A stretch of 64,000 bases of DNA from Epiperipatus broadwayi (Eukaryota; Animalia; Onychophora). The notes under the pieces were generated by a model, which did no database searches, was not told the origin of the DNA, and saw only the letters and a list, made by a program, of their open reading frames with translations. This document shows, piece by piece, positions 12,513 to 25,260 of the stretch; within the stretch, counting starts at the first letter, position 1; each line of letters starts with the position of its first letter. The stretch covers positions 12,772,001 through 12,836,000 of the forward strand of contig JAQFVV010000005.1 in assembly GCA_028023455.1 (NCBI GenBank), given 5' to 3'. Position numbers and translations under genes: made by a program.

Positions 12513-15500
12513 TGTAACCATATATTTTAGTGTAAAATATAATAATTGATGTAACTAATATAAAAATTTTTCTTTCTTCTTTTGGTGGTTTGATTGGCTT
12601 GAGTTGCACTTTGAACAGATTACTTTCTTATATTATTTTAATAAATTTGTATTTGCTTCTTCCCATATGCTAACTCATATCAAAACGTTTAACTTTTTAA
12701 AAATTTGACAACACATAAAAATTTGGTAAAATATTATTAAAAATAATATTTTAAATTTATTTGTTTAAAATGATCTTAAAAATTATTTCTATTGAATTAA
12801 AAAAAACCATTTGTTCAGTTAAAATTAATTATTAAAAATAAATACAGTAATTACGTATGCGTCTCAATGTAATAAAAGAAAAGAGCGCGAATTGAAGAGA
12901 AGATTGTCTGATAGTTGGCTTTTGGAGGGAGAAAGAAAAGAAAATGGTAAAGGCAAATGGTGTAAATTTGATAAGCTTATTTTAAAATAGTTAATAAGTA
13001 AACGGATTACCACAAAATTTGCTATAAATGTAAATATAACATAGTGGTAATTAATTATAAGATGAATTGCTAAATTTAAAAGTCTGTTCAAGTCGGCTGG
13101 CCAAGTGGATCGAATCACCGGTAATAAATTTTCCAATATTACATTTTTAAAATGTCGGAGCTTCCCAGTTCAAATTTAAAAGAGTTAATTGCAAGAATTT
13201 GGTATGTTCTAAAATGTTTATTATTCTACAATTTGGAAAAATTAAATAAGTATTTTAATTACAGAATTTTTTATGAATATAAAAATTTGCTTTTAAAAAA
13301 AAAGAAGACGTTTAAATTCAAGTAAAATGTTAAGTTATCAACATAGTTTAATATTTCCGTATCTAATTCTAATAGAAATATAGTATTGATTGATATTTAA
13401 CTTTATAATGCCAGTAATCTATTTGCTAGTTAATTTGTTTAACATTTGGATAATAAACATTCTTCAAATAATTAATCAAAGCTATTTTATAATTGTATCG
13501 TCGGTTTGAAATGAATAAATTAATTGCTGTAATTAGTATTCCTGGATTAACGCGTGGATAAATAAATACTTGCATGGAAGTGATAAACTTGGAACATTTT
13601 TAATAGAGAAATGTAGAGATTAATAACTTTTGAAAAACATTTTCATTTAAATTCTGCGTGTCATGTTTTTTGAAATTGTTTCATGTTTATGTAGCCACGT
13701 AAAATCGTTAATCAAATAGTGATTATAATAACAAATACAAATGGATAAAATTGCATGTATGGAATTCAACTAAAGATATAGCTATTGCTTCGTATATTTA
13801 TTGTTTGACGCATCGTACATGGATTCCACGGATCATATTTGAAGTTATAAAATGTTATACAATCCAATTTGTGATACACACACCTGCTAAAATTCATGTA
13901 TTGAACTATAAATGCTATACATTTAGTTTTATCACACACACACCGTTAAATTTTATATATTTGATGAATAATACATTAATTTAATTTTATCATTATATGA
14001 ACTTGCATATGAAGTTCATAAGTTATATTTTATTAAGTTTAAATTAATAAGGGTTGAATAAAATATTTATTCAAGCTTGCGGAAAAGCTTAAAAGTACTA
14101 AATGAATTCATGAGATGTATCAATCTTTATGAGATATTTTGTGAGTCTTTCCAGATTTATATTCCTATGCCAATATTACTTATATTATATTACACATGTT
14201 TATTTTAAGCAAGATAAGTAGTACATTAGTTGTCCTGATTAGCGTAACATTTTATTATGCAAGAACCCACATTTGCTAAAGTGTTAGTGTATTCTGAATA
14301 GTCAGAAGAACTGAGGAGGATGATTTTGCACTTTAATGTGAAGTAAATAATAATGTTGTTTTAGAATGTTAAAGGGCTTTAATCTGTGCTGGTGGTTAAT
14401 CCGCAGATTATTTTAATTGCCATTTTTGTATTTTACACACATTCCTGCGCTGGTGGTTAATCCGCAGAATTGTGTGATTATACGTATTACTTTATGATGG
14501 TGTTTAAATACACAAAACGTTTAGTATTATTTAATTCCTACGTGTAGATGAATGCATCCACAGGAATATGTTTTGCTTCACAGATATAAGTTGGGCAAAG
14601 TATTTTAGTTAATCTGCTAAATCATCTTCTTCATTTGTAAGCATAATTTATCGATTAGATTATTAAATGGTAGCAGGACATTCTATTCAAGTACTTCATA
14701 ATAATTAACTGTTGGTTGATTATTATTTACCGGAACGTAAGTTTAAATTGTCACTTTAATTAATGATTACATTATAGCTAAATCATACAGACATCATATT
14801 ATTTATTATATTATTATAGGTGTACAGTAGGGATTTATTGAATCTGGAAATGACGTTCAATGTTTCATGAATTGATGCTGAATTTATTATAAATTCCTCA
14901 ATATTCATTATATTAGATTGAAATAAGGTATGATTAGATTTTAAAACTGTACCTATGAGATGTTATTGAAGAAAGTCAATGGAATTATCATTTATTTATT
15001 TTATTTGTTTATTTATGTCTTTAATTATAACATTGGAATTAATTACTTATTATTCATAAATTTGTAAATAAAAGTTGATTTATAATTAAACTTACTGTGC
15101 CGTTGCTATGTGTCATTCATAACATCAGAAATCATAAACTTTGGATAGAGCATATATTGAAGAGCATATCTTGAATTACATATTATCGTCAACATGATAT
15201 AAGAGTTTATAAATATTTTTTGAGAAAACATTTAGATGCTTTTCGTCTTTGATAGTTTATGATGAGTAAGGTACAATAAAATCCCATTTACCTTTTCCAT
15301 CATTGTGGCTTTGCGTAGTTGATTCTAGTATAAAATTATAAATGAATTATTAAACTTGTAAACAGATTTACCAAATAATGACATGATTAAATACTTACTT
15401 AACGTTTTTAAATTGTCATTTGTCAGTATAATAAGAGTCTCAATAATATGATAAACTATAAAATCAGAACCCAAGTATTCATATTTATTTATTGCAAAGC

Positions 15501-16086
15501 TTTACCTGGACTAACATTCGTATTAAAAATCATATAGATGGTTTAAAATTTCATAATCTTATGTGGTTCCACAAATTACGCCATCTTGTACATGGTCGGC
15601 CATAGGGTCGCATACCATAAAAATCGCAAATTAAGGTTTGAAAATAATCACATTGCACTTATAATTTGTTTAATGTATTTTATCATACTACTATGATAGG
15701 TCTTCGCGGTATACCCTGGCTGCGATCAAATTAAATCATAAAAGTTTATGTTAGATCATTAGTTTGGTCTATGGTAAGTTGCTCCAGATGTTGATTGTGG
15801 TCTTTGGTGCATAAAATAGATAGCATGATATGCTTTTGGATACAGCTTTTAATAGCTGACAATAATTGAGTGAGAATTGATCAGTGATCGAGGTTACAAT
15901 TCTTAGGGCACTTACGTTACGTAATTGGGATCGCACAATCAAATGGTTACAATTTTTGGTGCCGCAATGTGTTCGGCACGATAGGTAGTTGAGAGGGCAA
16001 TGGCCTTCGATGGTTATTAGCTGGCCATCAAGAATTTACGGTTACAATTTTGGCTACCCAACTACAGGGGCAAGTGGATGGTTACA
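12513..16086. mobile_element. 3.57-kb TG...CA-bounded insertion (solo-LTR-like) in an (AT)n tract
   Basis: Termini tgtaaccat / atggttaca (9-bp inverted repeat), ATAT on both sides, visibly CpG-richer than flanks, no long ORF. Confidence 0.6.
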
Positions 16087-16984
16087 ATATATATATATAA
16101 CATACTAGTTTCTTTAGCTTACATAATGTATATTTTATGTGTTTTTGTTCCTTCTAAAACTTTTCACATTAATATAAATGCTTAATCAGAAGAGAAAAAT
16201 CTAGATTGGTTAAAGCATTTTTTTGGGGTGGGGGGAGACCATTCTCTTCAAAAGGCAAACATATAATATAAAAACATAATGAATTTAAACTTATTTTACT
16301 TGCACACATTCCAAACTTTACTCAACTGCATGATGCTGGGCAAACTATTTACTATTGAATCTATGCTATTAATAAACTACATCTCTTATTATCATTTTGT
16401 ATTTTGTTCACAGCAAACCATCTTACCATTCTTAGAATATTAGATTTTGTTATTTCAATAATTAATCTTCTTTATATCATTCTATTTATGAGTCATCCAC
16501 ATAAGCACAAGTAATCATTTGAATATCAGATGGTAATGTTAAAATATTATTTAGGTTACATATTTAATTATTAACTTTATTTAATAAAATCACTATTAAT
16601 TCTGTGTCCATCTGGAAGCCATCTTTTATGTTTTGTAAATAAATTAAACTTTATTGCTAGTAATTTGCTGACAATGAGAAATTGTTAAAATTATTTTTTA
16701 AAGAAAGTCATACTCTGAAAGCATTAGCCATATCTAACATTCACATTTGATTAATAATTTACATATTCTATATATAGAGAGCCTCCTGCCCCCTTCAATT
16801 TATATGCATGACATTAATTTTTTTTATTTTGAGCACAAATTACTTTTTTTGTCAGATATATTTAACTTACTTCATTGTTTTTTTTTAATCCAATTGATAA
16901 AAAATACATAAGTTGATATTTTTAAATTTTAATTATAATTAGTATTTATTAATAATTTATTTTTATGGTACTTGTTTATTAGTC

Positions 16985-17920
16985 CTGTGACCATTCGGTT
17001 TTTTCCACCGATCTTAATTCATCGTTGATGACGTGCCCAAAATGACATGTATGCTGATCTTAATTATTCATGGCTGATAGTTAGACTTTTTCCGCCGATC
17101 TTAATTCGTCGTTGATGACGCAGATCTTAATTATAAAATGGCGTGCACACCAATCTGAAATGATGTGTACGCTGATCTTAATTATTCTTCGCTGACGATG
17201 TGACCTGTTAATTCAATGCGATCTTATCTGCTGATCTGAATTATTCGTTAATATATTACAAATATATCACAAATATATTAGAAAGTGAAAATCAAAAATG
17301 ATGTGTATGCCGATCTGACATAAGTGAAAAGCATAAATATATTCCAAACTGAAAAGCAAAAATTATGTGTACACCGATCTGAATAATTCCTCAATATATT
17401 AAAAACTGAAAAGCAAAAATGACGTGATGATGTGAACAAAATGGCGTGCACACCTATTACTTTCAATAATTTATAAAAAATGTAAAGCAAAAATGACATG
17501 TATGCCGATCTGAAATAAGTGAAAAGCACAAATATATTCCAAACTGGAAAGCAAAAATTATGTGTATGCCGATCTGAATTATTTGTCAATATATTACAAA
17601 TACAGCACAAATATATTACAAACTGAAAAGCCGATCTGAATTATTTGTCAATATATTACAAATATAGCACAAATATATTACAAACTGAAAAGCCGATCTG
17701 AATTATTCATCAATATATATACCAAATATGTTACAAACTGAAAAGCCGATCTGAATTATTCATCAATATATATACCGAATATATTACAAACTGAAAAGCC
17801 AAAATGACGTGATGATGTGACCAAAATGGCGTGCACACCTATTAATTCAATAATTTATAAATGCACAAATATCTGAAATAAGTGTAAAGCACAAATATAT
17901 TAGAAATTGAAAAGGATCTG
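16985..17920. repeat. CpG-rich composite tandem repeat
   Basis: About 7 copies of (g/a)ccgatctgaa(t/a), 3 of aaaatggcgtgcacacc, nested ~60-bp and larger units. Confidence 0.8.
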
Positions 17921-17959
17921 AAATATGTAATAATCTATTACATTTCAACAACTTTTGTG

Positions 17960-18330
17960 CAAACCTGTCTTGTGTCAATCAGCATTGAATCTCATTTTTT
18001 GTTTTGATGAAAAATCCAAGATAATGAAAATTGTCAGCTACTTTTATAACTTCATTGTCTAAAGTCATCTGTTGATTCTATCAGTCATAATCACCATCTT
18101 CTTCATATATAGCTATAATTCCATGATTACACTCTGTTGTTTGACTTTCCTAGTAAAAGTCTCAAGTACTTCATATTTTTAGATATAATGGAAGTATCAT
18201 CAGCATATATAGAATTAATACCATCACCAAAATGCCATGAACCATTCATATGTACAAGACCAGTCATTTCTATCCTATTTTAGAGCCATAGTACTGTAAT
18301 CTTAAGTAATTAATGGATGCCATATGATAT
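17960..18330 (-). mobile_element. Degenerate RTE-type reverse transcriptase fragment
   Basis: YADDT motif encoded at ~18193-18208 on the minus strand. Confidence 0.55.
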
Positions 18331-19699
18331 GTAAATTACCATGGGTTAAAAACGTTTAGATTTTTTATATTTCAGGCTGTTAGATGCATAAATGCATCAG
18401 TTTCATATTTGAATGGTCTTCAATGACAAAGACAAAAGAGTAAACATAATCTAGAGATGGGAATTTTATAGCACAACACTTGTGTTGTCCATTGATTACT
18501 CACCTTTACAAGAGATTGTTCTAAAATAAGATAAAAATAATTTCTTTTGAAAGCATATGAGAAGACTATATGTCATTGTAGACTATATGTTGTTGCTGCT
18601 ATTAATCTTTCTAGTCAAAGATTAGAAGAAGCCTGCAATTGATATAGAATTGAAGTCTCTCAAAACTAACAAGATTGACTTGGTGTCAGATTTATATAAT
18701 TATTCAATTAGCCTGGGTTTAAAGTTTTGGTTTTTTTTAAGCTTGAGTAATTAAAAAAACTAAAAGATGACTGCTAGAAGCGTGAGAACATTAGATCTAT
18801 ATTCATATTACGATCTAAACCAGAAAGAATTTTGAAAATATAAAGTTTATTCATTATACCATCTAGTTTCTTTTGAAGTTTACAGTATACTGCCCTAGAA
18901 TAAACTGAAAATAGCAGCTCATGATTATATATCTAAGATTATTGATATTTTTTTCACTAAACCTGAATCCATATTTATCTTCATTCAATTTGGATTTTTT
19001 ATTACATACTTGGTATTTAAATTAAAATGGTAAGATAATAACATGCAGTTCTATTAATTCACTTTATCATAGTCCATTTTAACTTTAATTTTTAAGCTCA
19101 CATAAAGATTTCTAAAAAAAACAATGTTCTGATAAGTCAGTATTTATAAAAACATCCTATGATGATAATAAGATCAAGTGAATAAATAAATGAAATGAAA
19201 AATGCTTACAAACATTTATATACATATGTAGTAATGCTAATGTTATTTACATATACCCTCTACAGAAATTTTCTGATATTTCAAGCAGAAATGTTTGATA
19301 AAGAAATTCATTACCTTCTTGTTAGATATAGGTTTATGTCAATCAAACCTGACATCATCAGTAATTCAGAAAATTAGTTGAGAGTTTGACAACATAGTCA
19401 CCTAATCTCTATTAAATGCCACTAAAATTTACATTCATGCTTTAACTTCATGTTGAATGTTATGAGTATATTTTACAAAATTGGATTATGTTTGTTTGGA
19501 GTCTCAATTCCCAAGCTCTGATAAATATTAGTTTTACTGACAGAAATATATGTCTAAAAAAAAAATTTTTTTTTCATCAAACATTACTGCTTGAAACATT
19601 GAGAAATTTCTATAGAGGGCATATATATACAACATTAGCATTATTACATATTTATGTGCTGTTTAAGTAATTATATGAATGACATTCTCTAGCCTTTCC

Positions 19700-20040
19700 T
19701 ATTAATCCAATAAACATTACTTAAGATTGTCTCTAATTGTTCAAATTTTTCTAAAATCAGTTTGCATATTGCACAATTGTTTCTGATTATAAAGTTCTAA
19801 TCAGGTTTCCTTAATGATCTGATTTATATGTTGTATACAATATAAGGTACAATAATTTGCAGACTGTGTCAAGATCCCCCCTTTTTTTGGTATAAGAATA
19901 AAAACTGATTTCAACTTGTCAATCAATGAATAGTTTTCTAGATTAACTGATTTTATTAATGCCTTTATTGATTCCTTCCTCTTCAATTTCCTGCAAACGT
20001 TCTGCTGCAATTCTAATGATTTTATATTTTAGCAATAATC
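19700..20040 (-). mobile_element. Degenerate RTE-type RT N-terminal fragment
   Basis: ORF 19801..20010: SVFILIPKKGG...SANYCTL, matching the IPKKG..C.NYR.I motif. Confidence 0.65.
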
Positions 20041-22068
20041 ATGAAACTAATTTGACTTAATTTTAAATTACTGGAGGTTTTGCTTAAAACAAGTCTAATT
20101 AAAAATGTTTTGATGTTGTTTTTATGAGAATGCTTTTCTGGTAATATTTCTAAATAGCCAAAATATTAGTTTCTTACATATATATCCAAAACATTGAAAT
20201 GTTTTATTCATAATGTAGAATTAATATTATCAAAATAGTAGTATTACATGCCTAAACAAATGTCTAACATTCCTCAATTTCTTGCTTACATTAAAAAAAA
20301 TCCCGTCTTTAATTAGGATCACTTTTGTAAAATTGTATATATGCCATTTGTAAGCTTTAAAATTGAAGTAGGTAATGCTTTTGATGGCTTGTTTATATTA
20401 ACAATCAGTGCAGAAATATTGAGAATTCCTGATGCAATGAGAGAATATAGTAGTCATTATCTTATTATCATTTTAATATTGTCTCTTTAAATCTGTAATA
20501 AATCTGCTAATGATGTATGCTCCTGACTTACAGACTGATCAAGACCTGCCAAAATTTTATTGCAGTTATTTTGATCTTGGATTTTTTTATGAGTAGAATT
20601 TTTTTTTTTGCTTTAGATACATTATGCTCCTAAAAATATGTAAAATATATTGTGATTATGAAATATTCTGGAATTATGGAATACTCTGTGTGTGTATATA
20701 TATATATGCAGCATAAAATATTATGTAAATGAGTTGAAAGTGAGGATCTATTTGACAGTTGCACCATCCTACAAAAACTCATGTATCTGTCAATCAAAGT
20801 AAAGGAATTTCATAAAGATTTCATTTTGTCTGAATATTCCAAAAACTTATATAAGAGACATACTTAGACAGCACTTGTGAAACTCATATTGTCTGATTGA
20901 CAATTTCTGTGAAATTTTTAACACTGTTTGTGCAAACTTCCAGAGAAATTTTCACTCAACACATTTACATATGTGTGTATATATTAAAATAGTGAATTTC
21001 TCAAGAAGGAATGGTAATTATAATATTTGGATCCATTCCATGAGTTTTTTGCTTGCTAATTATGCAATAACATCAACATTTCATCTTCACCATCTATCTT
21101 TGTTTGGATAGTAAAAGGGCTTCAATTTGCTTCTGGAGATGGGAATTAGTTTGAAAACTATATATATTAAAGCAAAAATTATCATAGGTAAAAGATTTCA
21201 ATTTATACTTCAGATTTGTCCATGCATAATGATAATATTAACAATAGTCAAATTATAAAAACAATAAATAATGGAATTTTATTTAGCATTCTTTTAAAGA
21301 GGTAAATATCAATCATCATAATAAATTTTGTTAATGGGAACTAGGCTGAAAAAGCATACTAATTATCACCTTGGTTTGAAAATTGTTGCTATAAACCACA
21401 CAACAAAAAGAGACTTATGTTGAATTATTCAAAATGTTTACATTTAATGTATTAATTTTTAACTGAGGTTCAAAGTTTATATCATTACTAATATTTATTA
21501 ATATACTTATCTGAAATGATTGGTATCAAAGATGTAAGTGTAATAAATATGATACATAAATCAAAGTAAAATAATATATATACAGATTTAAAAAACCGTT
21601 TGTAAATAGTCCATCTTCAACAACTTCTCATAAAGACACAGAGAAAGAGAAAGCAATGTTTAGAATGCTTTCCAATTTCCTAGGTCAAAAAAATTTAAGC
21701 ATTTTACCACCCTTGTTTAACTCTAGCTAGAAATAACTAAATACCTACTTACTGATAAATATTGCAAGATTAATTAAATTAACTATGAGCCAAATGCCTA
21801 AAAACAAATCTCAAAATTGTTAGCAAAATTTTTAAAAACAGTCCATACTTAAACAAAGGCACAACAGCTGGATTAAATATTATTATTTTATAAAGTAATT
21901 TACATATACAATAAATATACTCTTATAATGAAAGATGTTGATACCATATAGAGAAAAACTAATTTAGATGTTCTCACTAGATGATGATGCATACTTGTTT
22001 TATTACACACACATAAATGTAACGATATAATATTCAATGCAAAAAATAAAGCTTAAGATGTTACTCAC

Positions 22069-22182
22069 TTAGTGGTGAACAGTGTCCATTTCTTTCTCTT
22101 ATATATCCTTCAATACACTCACATATTGCATTACTGTCAATAATTTTCAGGATTTCATATTTAGGACATGGTGGAAGAGGCT
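22069..22182 (-). CDS. Four-cysteine truncated EGF/TIL-like exon
   Basis: Acceptor ttttaaatgcag, donor gtgagt, 114 nt; KPLPPCPKYEILKIIDSNAICECIEGYIRERNGHCSPL. Confidence 0.82.
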
Positions 22183-22389
22183 CTGCATTTAAAACATGAA
22201 AAATAAGTGATAAAATAACTTTGAAAGAGTTTTTATATTTTTTGCTCTATATGCTATTTAATAATATGAATTGTGTTCATTACATTTTAAGTATTAATCC
22301 AATAAATATGATTTATAATGCAAAAGAAAAACGATATAAACGGCCCTCATAGTAATTAATTATCCTGTGTTTATAAAAGTATGTGATGT

Positions 22390-22750
22390 GATGCACTGTG
22401 ACTTCTCCTTATACGGAGTCAGGAATCTCTCAGCAACTATGCCCAGAGAAACCTGTTAAGCCACTTTGAACCCCTTCCATTCCCCACCCCAAATTTTCCC
22501 ATATTCTTTTCTACTCTGCTCCATCCCATTTCCACAACATAATCTTTGTCAATTTCATGGCCTTTAGATCTAAACCCCCCTTATCTTTTCTGAAACCCAG
22601 CATAAAAACCAATAAGCCACTTTCTGTATAATCACTTTGTTCATATTTATTCTTCCACAACTTCATTATTTGTACCCTTTCTGCTTTCAGACATTTACAG
22701 TCAATTAACAGATAGTAGAATACTTTGGAGTTCTATAATTAGACATGGAG
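22390..22750 (-). mobile_element. Second copy of the CCHC-knuckle LINE 3' end
   Basis: Reverse complement aligns by eye with 11290-11590 (tgtaaatg..aaagcagaaagggtaca, ttgacaaag..tatgttgtggaaatgggatgg, ctgggcata.ttgctgaga). Confidence 0.8.
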
Positions 22751-23140
22751 TTGAAGTATTTCAGAAAGGAAAGTTTTCTGTTGATGAAACTAGAAAGCAA
22801 CATTCTAAATGAACAAGTAAACAAAATTGAACTAGTATGTTCTATTTGAGTTTCACAGACTGGTTTGTATAGTCATCACAAAACATCTTTTTAAAGTAGT
22901 TTTTATCTCTCTTTTCTTTTCCTTTTTTTTTGAGTTGGAATGATTGTACTCATTTTTGAGTATCTGTTTATTATTAATAGTAAAGATAAGAAAGAAGAAG
23001 AATTTCAATATTCTGTTATTTATAGTTTTAAAACAGGCAAAACTCACTATATGTATGCCACACACAGCAAGCTAGAGTAATCAATGGATGCCAGAAGGCT
23101 TGTGCATAAAATCCCCATCTAGTGCCTACTCATTCAATAT

Positions 23141-23180
23141 CCCCAGACTAGTTTCTGGCTTGTGGCCTTCATCAGTGAGG
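23141..23180 (-). ncRNA. Minimal type I hammerhead ribozyme motif, family A
   Basis: CCUCA-CUGAUGA-aGGCcacaaGCCa-GAAA-CUAG-UC/UGGGG; palindromic ACUAGU stem III, GUC site, stem I CCUCA:UGGGG; A-A mismatch at the base of stem II. Confidence 0.75.
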
Positions 23181-23317
23181 AGCCTTGGATCTGAGAGCAC
23201 TGCACCTAGATCTTAGGACCTAATGCAATTCTCCAGCAGCCATCCTTTTATCTCCACTTAACTACAAAACTACAAGTCTTAAATTGAAAACACTTTAATG
23301 TTTTCAATCTGAGCCCT

Positions 23318-23357
23318 CCTCACTGACGAAGGCTACAAGCCAGAAACTAGTCTGGGG
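23318..23357 (+). ncRNA. Minimal type I hammerhead ribozyme motif, family A
   Basis: CCUCA-CUGACGA-aGGCuacaaGCCa-GAAA-CUAG-UC/UGGGG; predicted cleavage after C23352. Confidence 0.75.
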
Positions 23358-24407
23358 ATATTGGATGAGTAGGCATTAGATAGTGATTTTATGCACAAGC
23401 CTTCTGGCATCCATTGATTACCCTAGCTTGCCATGTGCGGCAATACATATAGTGAGTTTTGCCTGTTTTAAAACAGTTATACACAAGCATAAGAAGTGGT
23501 GGTCATGTGATGTTTATTTATAGTTTTCTGTACTTGCCACAAATATTTAACAAAAAAAAATTCTCTAACTACTTTCTTTACTTATATGTGCATATTACTA
23601 CTCTTCATGCAATTTTTTCTGATGCTTTTTTAATCATTTGCATTTTAAAAGTAAATGATCAGTACTCTTCCTTCCATATATCACAATTACATCCTAAATT
23701 CTTACGCCATTTGCCTACTTTTTCTTGATAGCCCAAGTTTTTAGCATTGTACCAAATAAGTGTCCTTTCAAGCTATCATATCTTCTTTTAGATTTTATAT
23801 ACTTTTTATTTTTATATAATCTATTTTTTATTTATACACATTTTCTATAACATTTATTTTCTTTAATAAATTTAGCTTTTTCTTTTCCATTCTACCATAA
23901 TTAAGTATCTTTGATGCTTTTTTACAAATTAATCCCATTTTTTAATCAAATACATAGAAATAAGTTCTGTATCCATTATTTTTGTGTATTTTAATACCTC
24001 TCTAGCCTAACATGTTTGATGACTTTCTAGTTAAATATTCTTTTTACTAATCTATTTTCATTCATATTTTAAAACAATTTGTTTATAATTCTTTGCATTT
24101 TATATCTGTTAACATCCAAATTATTTCTTTCTGCAATATTGTTGTACTGTTAAAATATATAATTTCTTTTATATTTCTTAAAATGTCTGTGAGTAAAAAA
24201 AGTAAAGTTCATCTTAGTTTTTTTAAATATGAAGCTAGACAAATGTGATAGATATATCAAAAAAATTGAAAACTGATAATTAAAAATTTGTTTATTTTAC
24301 AAAATGCCAAAAGTTTAAAGAGTGTGCACATTGTTAATAAAAATTAATTTAAACACAGAATAATTTAATAATTATTATAATAAATATTATTATTATTATT
24401 ATTATTT

Positions 24408-24512
24408 TCATGTGTCATAGCATCAGCCAGGAGGCGAACCCACAACTATCTGCAAACAACTACTCGCTTGCAAGGCGGCTGCGATGACCTCTCGGCTAAC
24501 AACGCTTGACAT
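24408..24512 (-). mobile_element. tRNA-derived SINE, family A copy 3
   Basis: Reverse complement of the family A sequence with most CpGs retained; (TAA)n-type tail on the left. Confidence 0.85.
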
Positions 24513-24929
24513 AATATTGTAACTGATATTTAGGAAAATATGTTGTGTATGATATTACACTGCATTTGACAATATTTGGGTGGCTTGCATTTGCATTTTT
24601 GAAATTGGCACCATCTTTAACCCTTTTACTAAAAATGTGGTTTAACCATCTAATCTTATTTCATTTATATATGTTATTGATGTCTTACATGATAATTTAG
24701 GAAACTATGGGAAATCTTTTGTATTATGTTGCAATGTTACGTCAGGCACAGCTATTTCTCTTCTAAAATTTTTTTGTATTTGGTTTTGTTTTCAACTTCT
24801 GTAAATATTTGAAAAGCATTGACAATTACAATGTCAATCATGCTTGTTACCAGATATCAGTACCATTTTTTACTTTGAATGCTTTTCTAACAACCAATCA
24901 TGAAATTCTACACTTCCCATAAACTTGTA

Positions 24930-25260
24930 ATTATTTTTTCAAAATATTTGCATGAATATTTTCCTTTCTATTTTTTTTTCTTATTTACTGGTGCTGATAA
25001 TGAAGTGATAATTATATTCACATTGCATTCTATTGTCAGTGATAATTTCCCGCTGTTCCAGAACATTGAATATTTCAACATTAACTCCAACTATGTCTTC
25101 ATCAACATCGTCATCAATGGTCAAATCATCTACTTCTGATAGAAATGATGCTATGTTGGCTTCTATCTCTTCTGATAATAAATAATACAGAGCATCTTCC
25201 AAGTTTTTAAGTCCATATGTTATCATAATTATCCGAGAAACTGAAAAATAAAGATCTCAT
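24930..25260 (-). mobile_element. Possible piggyBac-like transposase N-terminal remnant
   Basis: ORF 24981..25226 LEDALYYLLSEEIEANIAS...DDLTIDDDVDED (acidic N-terminus); ttaaccctt near 24617; no catalytic domain seen. Confidence 0.35.

Larger units (their letters stand above)
23025..23474. mobile_element. Penelope pLTR-like fold-back, ~155-bp arms (23025-23180 / 23318-23474), each with a hammerhead motif
   Basis: Arms differ at roughly 10 positions; ~137-bp spacer. Confidence 0.85.

Noticed and set aside
17290-17850. CRISPR-like repeat-spacer array
   Set aside because: The intervening sequences are themselves repeated, the context is a eukaryotic intron, and no cas genes are present.
18760-18800. 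Hammerhead-like ctaaaagatgactgctagaagc (and a similar motif near 34920-34945, minus strand)
   Set aside because: Core too degenerate to call; at best decayed pLTR remnants.
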